The notes under the pieces are model-generated. The model was not told the DNA's origin and ran no database searches. It saw only the letters and a program-made list of their open reading frames with translations. DNA of 61,967 bases, the filler included. It is 4 parts of 4 records of this genome, joined end to end, with 100 filler letters (N's around TTAATTAATTAA, not from the genome) between each part and the next. Parts side by side here need not be neighbours in the genome. Positions count along the whole stretch, not along the records: positions 21,708 to 43,958 come from SRR31156797_8871; positions 44,059 to 51,181 come from SRR31156797_8879; 2 more parts are not named here. One strand, written 5' to 3'. Within the stretch, counting starts at the first letter, position 1; each line of letters begins with the position of its first letter. Shown one piece after another: positions 38,984 to 48,923 of this stretch. The position numbers and the translations under genes were made by a program.

Positions 38984-39670
38984 ATGAAAAAGAAATCAAA
39001 CTACAATATACTATTCATCGAAGATGAACAAACACTCAGAGAGATATTTTGTGATACATTAAGTAAGATGTATAAAAAGGTATTTGAAGCTTCAAATGGA
39101 TTAGAAGCTTTAGAGATCTTTCAAAACAACAAAATAGATGTTGTCGTTACAGACATCAACATGCCAAACATGGATGGGATAGAGTTTTTAAAAGAACTTC
39201 GTAAGATAGATCAAAACTGTAAGATCATCATCTTAACAGCTTATACAAATACGGAATATCTTTTAGATGCTACTGAACTTAATATCACAAAATACCTTAT
39301 CAAACCTATTGATATGGAACAACTTTTAGATGCTTTAGATCTTGCAAGTGAGCAAACAAAGAATTTTGAAGTTTTAAGAAAAGATATTTTTGAGATTAAA
39401 GATGGGTATGTATGGAACTTTGCAAAAAAAGCACTTTTTTTAAATGCAAAAGAGATCAAACTTACTAAAAAAGAGAAATTGATCTTAAATACGATCTTCT
39501 CTAATCCTAATAAAGAGCTAAACTATAAAACACTTATCAATGCAGTTTGGGATAAATATGATATCGAGCATAAAGATACATTGAAAACTATGATCGCTTC
39601 TATTAGAAAAAAACTTCCTAAAGATACTATTCGAACTGTATATAGTATAGGATATATGTATAATAGTTAA
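38984..39670 (+). CDS. OmpR-family response regulator
   Basis: IEDE, TDINMPNMDG and KP receiver motifs; winged helix ending IRTVYSIGY. Confidence 0.92.
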   Translation: MKKKSNYNILFIEDEQTLREIFCDTLSKMYKKVFEASNGLEALEIFQNNKIDVVVTDINMPNMDGIEFLKELRKIDQNCKIIILTAYTNTEYLLDATELNITKYLIKPIDMEQLLDALDLASEQTKNFEVLRKDIFEIKDGYVWNFAKKALFLNAKEIKLTKKEKLILNTIFSNPNKELNYKTLINAVWDKYDIEHKDTLKTMIASIRKKLPKDTIRTVYSIGYMYNS

Positions 39671-39680
39671 GTAAGCCTCG

Positions 39681-42600
39681 ATGTTAAGCCACCTCCATAA
39701 ACTTCCTATGGATTTTTCGAGTACTATCAAAAAACTCACCACTGGAATCATACTCCATGATTCTAGTGGTAAAATAACGCAGTATAATCAAGCAGCCTCA
39801 AATATTTTAGGAGTTGATCAAGAACAACTTCTAGGTAACTCCTCATATTCACCCCTTCAATGTTGTTGCAATGAATACAATCAAACCTTATCAGAAGATG
39901 AGCTACCTGCTGCACTTACACTTAAAACAAATTCTGAGATTCATGGTTTTTTAATGGGAGTTGTCTCTTTGGATAAAAAAACTATTTGGCTCTCAGTAGA
40001 TTCCTTTCCTATTATTGAAAATGATGAACTTCAAGGGGTTCTTGTTACTTTAACCTCACAAACAGACCTTAAGCTCCATCAGGAGCGATTAAAATCAGTA
40101 TTAACCCATTCTAATATTGGCGTTTGGGACTGGGATCTTTTAGATAATTCACTTTTTTTAAGCAATACTTGGAAATCTCAATTGGGATATCTAGATACTG
40201 AAGTGGAAAACTCTCTTGAAAGTTTTAAATCGCTTTTACATCCAAAAGATAGTATCAAGGTTTTTGAACATGTGCAAGAGTGTATAGAGGATAAAACAAA
40301 AAACTTCAATATGAGATTTCGTCTTAAAAATAAGCATAATGCCTATGTATGGATCGAATCAGCTGGAAATATTGTAAGAAACATTCAAGATGAACCAATC
40401 CGTTTCATCGGTATCCATCAAAATGTCAATGAAACGATTAAAGATGAGATTAAACTTCGACAAAGTGCTACGATCTTTGAATCTGCCCATGATTCTATTA
40501 TGATCACTGATCAAAACAATATGATCATCTCAGTGAATAAAGCTTTTGAAGATACCACTGGCTTTAGTAGTAAAGAAGCAGTTGGGAAAAGCCCAAGGAT
40601 CTTACGCTCTGGAAAACATGATGAAAGTTTTTATCTTAACCTTTGGTACCAACTAGAAAAAGAGGGTTCATGGGATGGAGAGGTTTGGAATAAAACAAAA
40701 GATGGAACCATCTACCCTGAATGGCTCAGTATCAAAGTCAATAGAGATGTAAATGGAAATATACAAAACTATATTGCAATATTTTCTGATATGAGTGAAA
40801 TCAAAAGCTACCAAAAACAGCTTCAATTTGAGATCAACCATGACTCACTTACAAAACTAAGCAATAGAAAAAAGTTTTATGAAGATCTAGAATATTCACT
40901 GATTCAAGCATCAAGAACCCACTCAAAAGTAGCCTTAACCTGTATCGATATTAAAAACTTTAAATTTATCAATGATACCTATGGACACGATACTGGAGAT
41001 CAAGTTCTCATTGAGATCTCACACCGTCTTCGATCACTTTTTCGAGAGAGTGACTTTGTAGCAAGACTTGGAGGAGATGAGTTTGGATTTATCCTAAATC
41101 ACTTAGAGCATGAATATGAGATCGAAATCCTTTTAAATAGGATCATTGATACCATTAAAAAACCTGTAAAACTCTCTACTACAACTCTTTATCTTGATCT
41201 AGCAATTGGTGTAGCACTTTTTCCTGATAATGGTGCAAATGTAAAAACCCTTGTAAAATACGCAGATATTGCCATGTTTAAAGCAAAAAAATCTGAAAAT
41301 ACATTTTGTTTTTATGATGATGAGTTTACTCAATTACATATCAATCAGTTAGAACTTCTTGATAACCTAAAAGAGACTCTTAAAAATAAAAATATTGATG
41401 TGGTATACCAACCACAAATCGATATTGAAACAGGTATTGTAAGTAGTTTAGAAGCCCTAGCAAGATGGGCTGATCCTGAAAAAGGGAATATCTCTCCAAA
41501 TACCTTTGTAAAACTTTGTGAAGATTTTGGCTTAGTTGAACAGCTTAGTGATATTGTTTTTGAGACCTCTTTAGAACAACTCAAAAAATTACAGAAAAAT
41601 GGATATGTGGGAAAACTTGCTTTAAATATCTCTGCAAAACTTTTAAAACATAGAAAAACTATCAGTAAAATTCGTGATCTTGTTTATAAATACGATATCA
41701 ATCCCGCTTTTATAGAACTAGAGATCACAGAAACAGCTATTATAGAAAATATTGATCTCGCAGTGGAAATTATTGAAGAGCTTCAAACTATAGGATTCTC
41801 AATTGCGATTGATGATTTTGGAACAGGGTATACTTCTTTAATCCACTTACAACGGCTTCATGTGAATACTATCAAAATTGATAAAAAATTTATTGATAAT
41901 ATCACTGTAAATAAAAAAGATCAAATCTTGGTAAAAACTATGATCCAACTTTGTGAAAGTATGGAGTTAAATGTGATCATAGAGGGGATAGAAACAGAAG
42001 AACAGATAGAGTATCTTTCTCAATATAGTTGTAATGAATATCAAGGATACTATTTTAGTAAACCCCTTGATCAAGAACACTTAGAAAAATATCTCAAAAA
42101 ACACACCAACTATTCTAAAATCTATAATAAAATTCTCAAAAAAGTAAAACAAGAGTCACAAAAAAAAGAGAGTAAAAAACAACAGCTTCTAGATATAGAA
42201 GAGCTTACTCTTGGGTTAAAAAGTCAATATAAAGAGCTCCAACATCAAACGAATCAACTCAATGCTTCAAAACTTCAATACCAAAAGATCTATGACGAGT
42301 TTAAAACTCTTTTTGACCTCGCTCCTGTTGGATATACTATCGTTAACCAACATATGCAGATCGAAAACTCAAATAACTACTTTGATAAGCTTACACATAA
42401 TCTTGATCATAAGTTTATCAATCTTTATTTTGATCCACAATCAAAATATAAATTTATCCAATGGTTTGAAAAACTCAATGACAAAGAGGTCAATACGATA
42501 AAACTCACTCTTGATAAATCTTCTAAAATAGTACAACTTTATGGAAGAGTTTATCTTCATAGAAATCATAAAAGCTATTTTATCTCGATTACTGATATTA

Positions 42601-43436
42601 CTGAAGAGAGTATCAAAAATATAAAACTACAAAAGCTTAATACAAAACTTAATGACCTGGTACAAGAAGAGATCACGAAAAACATTCAATTTCAAGAACA
42701 CTATATCAATGAAAAGATTGAAAGTTCACGATTAGCAACCATTGGACAGATGGCATCTGGACTTACCCATGAGATCAATACACCTTTAGCTATCATTAAA
42801 GGGAATCTTCAAATGGTACAAGAGGATATAAAAGATATTGAAGATGAAAAAATCAAAGCCTGTATCAATGAAGATATTCACAAAACAAATTATGGAATAG
42901 ATCGTATCTCATATATAGTTAATTCACTCCGTGAATTAGGAGATCAAGATCCTTTACCACAAACAACAAATATCTATGCAACACTTATTACCGCTTTAAG
43001 TATCTCAAATATACGACACAAACATATCTGCCCAGTACTGATTCAAAATGAGATATTTGATGTAACACTTAATAAAGACAAGTATAAATTTTTAAGTAAA
43101 GCTTCCCCTCAAAGGTTAGAGCAAGTTTGGATCAATATTATCAATAATGCTTTAGATGAACTCATAAAAAAAGATGATCTAGCAAGAAGGAATCTTATTA
43201 TTGATATAGAAGAGACACAAAGCTTTAATATAGTAACTATTCAAGATAATGCTGGAGGAATCCCTGATAGTATCCTCTCAAAGATCTTTAAACCATTTGT
43301 ATCTACAAAAACAAGTTCAGGTATTGGCCTTGGTATGTTTATCACAAAAAAAATCATTGAAGAGTATGATGGATTTATCAATGTTGAAAATAAAAATGGT
43401 GGTGCTATTATAACGATAGGTTTACCTAGGCTTTAA
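39681..43436 (+). CDS. PAS-PAS-PAS-GGDEF-EAL-PAS-HisKA-HATPase hybrid signalling protein
   Basis: RESD-x5-GGDEF, EALAR, DDFGTGY, H-box THEINTPL, N-box NIINNA and G boxes DNAGGI/GIGLG, all in one 1251-aa ORF. Confidence 0.9.
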   Translation: MLSHLHKLPMDFSSTIKKLTTGIILHDSSGKITQYNQAASNILGVDQEQLLGNSSYSPLQCCCNEYNQTLSEDELPAALTLKTNSEIHGFLMGVVSLDKKTIWLSVDSFPIIENDELQGVLVTLTSQTDLKLHQERLKSVLTHSNIGVWDWDLLDNSLFLSNTWKSQLGYLDTEVENSLESFKSLLHPKDSIKVFEHVQECIEDKTKNFNMRFRLKNKHNAYVWIESAGNIVRNIQDEPIRFIGIHQNVNETIKDEIKLRQSATIFESAHDSIMITDQNNMIISVNKAFEDTTGFSSKEAVGKSPRILRSGKHDESFYLNLWYQLEKEGSWDGEVWNKTKDGTIYPEWLSIKVNRDVNGNIQNYIAIFSDMSEIKSYQKQLQFEINHDSLTKLSNRKKFYEDLEYSLIQASRTHSKVALTCIDIKNFKFINDTYGHDTGDQVLIEISHRLRSLFRESDFVARLGGDEFGFILNHLEHEYEIEILLNRIIDTIKKPVKLSTTTLYLDLAIGVALFPDNGANVKTLVKYADIAMFKAKKSENTFCFYDDEFTQLHINQLELLDNLKETLKNKNIDVVYQPQIDIETGIVSSLEALARWADPEKGNISPNTFVKLCEDFGLVEQLSDIVFETSLEQLKKLQKNGYVGKLALNISAKLLKHRKTISKIRDLVYKYDINPAFIELEITETAIIENIDLAVEIIEELQTIGFSIAIDDFGTGYTSLIHLQRLHVNTIKIDKKFIDNITVNKKDQILVKTMIQLCESMELNVIIEGIETEEQIEYLSQYSCNEYQGYYFSKPLDQEHLEKYLKKHTNYSKIYNKILKKVKQESQKKESKKQQLLDIEELTLGLKSQYKELQHQTNQLNASKLQYQKIYDEFKTLFDLAPVGYTIVNQHMQIENSNNYFDKLTHNLDHKFINLYFDPQSKYKFIQWFEKLNDKEVNTIKLTLDKSSKIVQLYGRVYLHRNHKSYFISITDITEESIKNIKLQKLNTKLNDLVQEEITKNIQFQEHYINEKIESSRLATIGQMASGLTHEINTPLAIIKGNLQMVQEDIKDIEDEKIKACINEDIHKTNYGIDRISYIVNSLRELGDQDPLPQTTNIYATLITALSISNIRHKHICPVLIQNEIFDVTLNKDKYKFLSKASPQRLEQVWINIINNALDELIKKDDLARRNLIIDIEETQSFNIVTIQDNAGGIPDSILSKIFKPFVSTKTSSGIGLGMFITKKIIEEYDGFINVENKNGGAIITIGLPRL

Positions 43437-43439
43437 ATT

Positions 43440-43958
43440 TTAATCTAGAGGGATAGTAATTTTAAACTGTGCCCCTTTGTATTTTTTACCATTACAAGTA
43501 AACTCCTCATTAGAAACCATGATATCACCACCCATCCCATTTACTATTAAGTTGTAGGTCATATGTAGCCCTAGACCTGTTCCTTGCATCTTATCTTTTG
43601 TAGTAAAATAAGGCTCAAAAATCTTTGGAAGCACATTTTCAGGGATTCCACCTGCATTATCTTTAAAAACAATCATCACTTGGTTTTCTGTATTAAACTC
43701 ACTGATAAATATATACCGTTCATCCTCGGGAGTGTTTTCTACTAAAGCATCTTTAGCATTATTAAAAATATTGATAAAACATTGAATGAGTTCATTTGGA
43801 TACCCTTGAATATTGATATTCTCTTCAAGTTCTAAGATAACTTGTATACTGTATCGTTTAATAGTTCCATCAACAAGTTTTATAAAACTATCTGTATCAT
43901 TTTTTAGATTGAACTTTATAGGTTTAACATCCCCTTTGATAAAGTTTCTAAAATCATC
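43440..43958 (-). CDS. Sensor histidine kinase, C-terminal fragment
   Basis: Open from the contig edge: DDFRNF...NELIQCFINIFNNAKDA...DNAGGI...FEPYFTTK...GTGLGL. Confidence 0.9.
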   Translation of the reverse strand, partial: DDFRNFIKGDVKPIKFNLKNDTDSFIKLVDGTIKRYSIQVILELEENINIQGYPNELIQCFINIFNNAKDALVENTPEDERYIFISEFNTENQVMIVFKDNAGGIPENVLPKIFEPYFTTKDKMQGTGLGLHMTYNLIVNGMGGDIMVSNEEFTCNGKKYKGAQFKITIPLD

Positions 43959-44058
43959 NNNNNNNNNNNNNNNNNNNNNNNNNNNNNNNNNNNNNNNNNN
44001 NNTTAATTAATTAANNNNNNNNNNNNNNNNNNNNNNNNNNNNNNNNNNNNNNNNNNNN
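43959..44058. other. Artificial contig linker
   Basis: N44-TTAATTAATTAA-N44. Confidence 0.97.
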
Positions 44059-44106
44059 CGGACTCTGACTCCGCTTATCGGGGTTCGAATCCCTGTCTCC
44101 CAGCCA
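44059..44106 (+). tRNA. tRNA-Gln(CTG), 3' part only
   Basis: Anticodon arm CGGA-CTCTGAC-TCCG; T arm GGGGTTCGAATCCCT; acceptor strand TCTCCCA-G-CCA. Confidence 0.88.
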
Positions 44107-44207
44107 GCTTTCTTTTTATTCTCGCATTAACTCCTTGCTTTTTTTCTTCTTTTCACAATAATTAGAACAAGATAAACAGTTTACCTTTTCTCTGTGAGGG
44201 ATCTGCC

Positions 44208-45074
44208 TTGGGAAAGAGTCACGAATACGCAGTAACCGTTCTTCTTCCAGCCTATAACGAAGAGAGCATTATAGGGGAAACCGTTCGTAAAATACGAGCA
44301 CTACACCCTGAATTTGAAGTCCTTGTGGTTGACGACGGTTCCACCGATAAAACAATGCAGGAGGCCCTCGCGGCTGGTGCAAACGTCTGGCCTCATCCTT
44401 ACAATATTGGGAACGGTGCGGCTATAAAGTCAGGTCTTCGGGTAGCCCAAGGTGACTGGATTGTAATGATGGATGCTGATGGCCAGCATAACGCTGAGGA
44501 TATTGAACGATTACTTGAGTATAAAGATCGTTTTGACATGGTTGTTGGAGCAAGGTCAAGGGCGTCAAAGACATCCCTGCACCGTGACTTTGCAAATTAT
44601 CTTTATAATAAGTTTGCCACCTATGTCACCCGATTCAAAATACAAGATCTCACCTCAGGGTTCAGGCTGTTAAGGAAAAGTACTGTAGAGCAGTACATTT
44701 ATTTACTGCCAAATACTTTTTCTTACCCAACCACACTTACCATGTCTTATTTGCGAAGCGGGAGAAGTCTCAAATACATTCCTATTGAGGCAAAAAGCCG
44801 GGTTGGGAGCAGCAAGATTCGCCTCGTTGAAGATGGAATTCGCTTCTTGCTAATTATTTCTAAGATTGCAACCCTTTATTCGCCTTTCCGTATTTTCATG
44901 CCGGTCAGTTTAGCGTGTTTCATGATTGGTCTTTGCTACTATGCCTACACATATATTTTTTTGGGTCGTTTTACCAACATGTCGGCACTGCTTTTCAGCA
45001 CTTCTGTGATTGTCTTCATGATAGGCTTGGTTTCAGAGCAAATTTCACAACTGCGTTATGATAGGGTTAAATGA
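44208..45074 (+). CDS. Glycosyltransferase family 2 (DPM1-like, C-terminal TMs)
   Basis: LPAYNEE, VVDDGSTD, MDADGQH and DLTSGFR motifs. Confidence 0.92.
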   Translation: MGKSHEYAVTVLLPAYNEESIIGETVRKIRALHPEFEVLVVDDGSTDKTMQEALAAGANVWPHPYNIGNGAAIKSGLRVAQGDWIVMMDADGQHNAEDIERLLEYKDRFDMVVGARSRASKTSLHRDFANYLYNKFATYVTRFKIQDLTSGFRLLRKSTVEQYIYLLPNTFSYPTTLTMSYLRSGRSLKYIPIEAKSRVGSSKIRLVEDGIRFLLIISKIATLYSPFRIFMPVSLACFMIGLCYYAYTYIFLGRFTNMSALLFSTSVIVFMIGLVSEQISQLRYDRVK

Positions 45075-45087
45075 GCAAGTCTGTACG

Positions 45088-46302
45088 ATGAAGCCTAAAA
45101 TTCTGGTGCTAACTACTACTTTTCCGCGATGGAGAAATGACATTGATCCTCCATTCGTTTATGAACTCAGTAAGCGCTTGGTCAAATCATTTGAAGTTCA
45201 TGTGTTAACGCCTCATTATCCTGGTGCCAAGTACAGTGAAATACTGGGTGGTCTTTACGTTCGCCGGTTTGGGTATTTCATTCCTCAATGGGAAAGACTT
45301 GCTGGCTCAATCGGCATTTTGCCTACCTTGCAGCAGAATAAATTCTATTACTTGCTCATTCCTTTTTTTCTCATTGCGCAAATCATCTCTTCTATCATCG
45401 CTGTGAGAAAAATCAGGCCGGATGTAATTCACGCGCATTGGGTTATTCCCCAGGGAGTTGTTGCATTCATATTGCATAAAATATTTCGAACATCTGTTAT
45501 TGTAACAGCTCACGGGGCAGATGTTTTTGGTTTGCAAGGAAAAATTTTCCGTAAGATTAAACAGACTGCGCTCAAAGGTGCATGCCAAATCACTGTCGTA
45601 AGTAAGGCCCTTGCACGTCAGGTCAAATCAATTGATTCAAACCTTCCAGAACCTGTTGTGCTGCCCATGGGTGTGGACGCCTTTCTATTTTCACCTGAGA
45701 ATGCATCACAATCCATAAGGGAAAAGTATAATATTAGAGGTCCCTTTCTGCTGTTCGTTGGCCGTTTGACAGAAAAAAAAGGTGTTGTTTTTTTGATTGA
45801 TGCAATGGTGGAGGTCATACGATTCTTTCCCGGCGCAAAATTACTCATAATAGGAAGTGGTGAACTAGAACCTTTACTTCAGGAACACGCGAGCCGCCTT
45901 AATCTTTCCGGGCATGTTATATTTCTCGGGGGTATTTCTAACGATGCATTGCCGAAATTTTACGCAAGTGCGGATATATTTATAGGCCCTTCAATACAAA
46001 TGAATAAAGGAGATACAGAGGGATTTGGCCTTACCTTTGTAGAGGCTTCTTTATCTGGTTGCCTGGTTATTGGCACCAAAGTTGGTGGTATTGAAGATAT
46101 AGTGGAGGACAGAACAACGGGATTTCTCGTGCAACAGAGTGATGTAAAAGCTTTGGCGCAAAAAATAATTTGGGTGATTGAACATTTAGCAAACCTTGAT
46201 GATGTAAAGGATAAAGCAAGGCAGAAATGTAAAGAAAAATTTGATTGGGAGGTGATAAGTATCAAATACGGGAATTTATTCAATGATTGCATAAATATGT
46301 AG
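45088..46302 (+). CDS. Glycosyltransferase family 4
   Basis: IHAHW, FVGRLTEKKG and EGFGLTFVEA motifs. Confidence 0.92.
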   Translation: MKPKILVLTTTFPRWRNDIDPPFVYELSKRLVKSFEVHVLTPHYPGAKYSEILGGLYVRRFGYFIPQWERLAGSIGILPTLQQNKFYYLLIPFFLIAQIISSIIAVRKIRPDVIHAHWVIPQGVVAFILHKIFRTSVIVTAHGADVFGLQGKIFRKIKQTALKGACQITVVSKALARQVKSIDSNLPEPVVLPMGVDAFLFSPENASQSIREKYNIRGPFLLFVGRLTEKKGVVFLIDAMVEVIRFFPGAKLLIIGSGELEPLLQEHASRLNLSGHVIFLGGISNDALPKFYASADIFIGPSIQMNKGDTEGFGLTFVEASLSGCLVIGTKVGGIEDIVEDRTTGFLVQQSDVKALAQKIIWVIEHLANLDDVKDKARQKCKEKFDWEVISIKYGNLFNDCINM

Positions 46303-46408
46303 AAAACAGAATAGCATAATTTCCTGCAAATGGTTTTGTCTTGAGTGGCGTCAAAGTACACATCTGGAATTGTTATGAACGAGCGGATCAGCAGAAGGCT
46401 TTACAGGT

Positions 46409-46649
46409 ATGAACAGTGTATCTGGCACTATCATTATGACCTTCGGAGCATTTGATCTTCTTCATATCGCCTTTACGGGTTATTGAACTTGCAATAGTCA
46501 GGGGCTATTAATTGTATGGTGGCTTGTCAAGCTATGTGCTGAACTTCAACAAAAATGGCTTGCCCTGCATGTAATATGCAAGACAGGGGAGGGGCAGGAT
46601 AGGTCAATCCATTCGCATTATAGATGTTATTTGTCTATCCTTAAAGTAA
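46409..46649 (+). pseudogene. Decayed TagD-like cytidylyltransferase remnant
   Basis: TIIMTFGAFDLLHI, then a frameshift into LRVIELAIVRGY*LYGGLSSYVLNFNKNG, then SIRIIDVI; collinear with the TagD N-terminus. Confidence 0.6.
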
Positions 46650-46739
46650 GTCTCGGCCATTCTTAAATGTAGTCTCATTAGGAATGTCAAAATTGGAAAT
46701 TTAATCTACCTGGAAAGTTGAGGTACTGCTTGGGTCCAA

Positions 46740-48485
46740 ATGCTCGGTTCATTTTTAAAACTTTTTTCTATATTTAGCGCACGTCAGAAGCGGGATTTTT
46801 ATATTCTGCAAACAATAATGCTGATGACTGCACTTACCGAACTCATTGGGGTTGCTTCGATATTTCCTTTTATGTCAGTAGCCGCTTCCCCAAATTTAAT
46901 CGAATCCAGTCCCTATTTGGCCAAATTGTCTGATTTTTTAGGAGCCCCATCAGAGAAAGAATTCCTCCTGCATATAGGTGGAATATTTATGATGCTGATA
47001 ATTGCTTCTAACTCTTTACTGATTTCTTCCCAGTATTTTATGAACCGATACTCACATCGATTGGGCGGTGAATTCTCAAACAGACTGTATAGCTATTATT
47101 TGTGTCAACCAACAATATACCATGCTAATCGAAATAGCGCAGACTTGATACAACACATCCTGCGAGATGCCAACCGCATAAGCAACAGCTTTATTGCACC
47201 CGCGCTACGACTAAATGCTCGTTTTTTTTCAATTGTATTACTAAGCGGCATGCTGGTTTGGGTTAACTATGTTGTTGCAATCGCATCTTTACTTAGCCTC
47301 GGGGTTATCTATTGGTTTATCTTTTATTTTTTAAGGAATCAAATTTATAAAAATGGAAAGAACATTACAATGGACAACGCACAACGAAATCGAATCCTGA
47401 ATGAGAGCTTTGAAGGCATCAAGGAGGTGAAACTCTTTGCTATAGAAGCCCCTCTGCTTGATCAATTCTACAAGCTCACTAAGAGAGTGTCACGTTCATC
47501 TGCAAACAATAAGATTTTAGGCCAATCTCCTTATTATATAGTTGAAACGGCTGTGTTAGTTGGCGTCATTCTGGTCACACTTTTCTTTGCAACCTCGAAA
47601 GATGACTTTGATTCGGCCATACCTCTCCTGACTTTGTATTGCATGACCGGGTTCAAACTCGTACCAAAGATCCAGCAAAGTTATTTGGCTGTCACCAAAA
47701 TAAAGGGCTCAGAAGCTGCATTCAAATCAGTCTATGATACATTGAAGCTGGCATCAGAATCTAAAGAAAAATTTGAACAAAAAACTGTTAAGCTGACCCC
47801 CGAACACTCTATTCAACTCAAAAACATCTGGTTCAAATATCCTGACGCCATTGACTCCACTTTGGAAAACCTTTCCCTGACTATAAATTTAAGCAAAACA
47901 ACTGCAATAACAGGGGAATCTGGAAATGGTAAAAGTACTCTTCTGGATATAATGATGGGGTTAAACACGCCTGATCAAGGGGCCATTTACATTGGCAATT
48001 GCAAAATTGGGCCAGGTAACCTCGCTTCTTGGCGCCGGTGCGTGGGCTATGTCCCTCAATTGATATACGTGTCTGATACAACAATTGCCAATAATGTTGC
48101 CTTTGGCGAGGAACAAGAATTCGTAGATAGAGCCAGAGTTTTAAGAGCGCTGGAGTTTGCTGGTCTCTCGACTTTTGTTTCTGGTCTTCCTTATGGAATG
48201 GACACATTCACAGGCGAACGCGGAGCCCAATTGAGTGGCGGCCAAAAACAGCGACTAGGAATTGCCAGAGCTCTATATCGTAAAATTGACGTACTCGTAT
48301 TAGATGAAGCAACCAGCGCACTTGACAACGTTATGCAGAGAGAAGTACTCGAAAAAATAAAATATAACTTGCCTGAGCTTACTATTATCATGGTAACGCA
48401 TCGAGAAGAGACACTAACGTTTGCAGATGATGTATATGAACTAAAAAACAAACAGGTTCACTTGCTACCCAAACAGGAGAATTAA
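46740..48485 (+). CDS. ABC transporter with fused TMD and NBD (PglK/Wzk-like glycan flippase)
   Basis: TM domain plus GESGNGKS, LSGGQKQR and LDEATSALD; glycan locus context. Confidence 0.85.
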   Translation: MLGSFLKLFSIFSARQKRDFYILQTIMLMTALTELIGVASIFPFMSVAASPNLIESSPYLAKLSDFLGAPSEKEFLLHIGGIFMMLIIASNSLLISSQYFMNRYSHRLGGEFSNRLYSYYLCQPTIYHANRNSADLIQHILRDANRISNSFIAPALRLNARFFSIVLLSGMLVWVNYVVAIASLLSLGVIYWFIFYFLRNQIYKNGKNITMDNAQRNRILNESFEGIKEVKLFAIEAPLLDQFYKLTKRVSRSSANNKILGQSPYYIVETAVLVGVILVTLFFATSKDDFDSAIPLLTLYCMTGFKLVPKIQQSYLAVTKIKGSEAAFKSVYDTLKLASESKEKFEQKTVKLTPEHSIQLKNIWFKYPDAIDSTLENLSLTINLSKTTAITGESGNGKSTLLDIMMGLNTPDQGAIYIGNCKIGPGNLASWRRCVGYVPQLIYVSDTTIANNVAFGEEQEFVDRARVLRALEFAGLSTFVSGLPYGMDTFTGERGAQLSGGQKQRLGIARALYRKIDVLVLDEATSALDNVMQREVLEKIKYNLPELTIIMVTHREETLTFADDVYELKNKQVHLLPKQEN

Positions 48486-48487
48486 AC

Positions 48488-48916
48488 ATGATTATTGGAT
48501 ATACAACCGGTGTTTTTGATTTATTCCACGTTGGTCACTTAAATATTCTTCGCAATGCAAAAGCAATGTGCGACAGACTCTTGGTTGGAGTAACCTCTGA
48601 CGAATTGTTGGAAATGTACAAGAAGAAGAAAGCGGTTATTCCTTTCGAGGAAAGAATAGAAATAGTACGTAATATTAGGTGTGTAGATGCTGTGGTTCCA
48701 CAAGAAACAATGGATAAATTCGAAGCCTGGCAAAAACTCAGGTTTGACGTAATGTTTGTTGGTGACGATTGGTATAAATCTGAAAAATGGAAAGAAATTC
48801 AAGCGAAGTTTGACGAAGTCAATGTGCGTGTAATTTATTTTCCCTATACTAAATCTACCTCCTCAACAAAAATCAATTTAATCTTGGAAGAACGCAGAAA
48901 AGCAATGAAAAACTAG
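48488..48916 (+). CDS. tagD: Glycerol-3-phosphate cytidylyltransferase-like protein
   Basis: GYTTGVFDLFHVGH, VGDDW and YTKSTSST motifs. Confidence 0.85.
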   Translation: MIIGYTTGVFDLFHVGHLNILRNAKAMCDRLLVGVTSDELLEMYKKKKAVIPFEERIEIVRNIRCVDAVVPQETMDKFEAWQKLRFDVMFVGDDWYKSEKWKEIQAKFDEVNVRVIYFPYTKSTSSTKINLILEERRKAMKN

Positions 48917-48923
48917 GTGAAAG

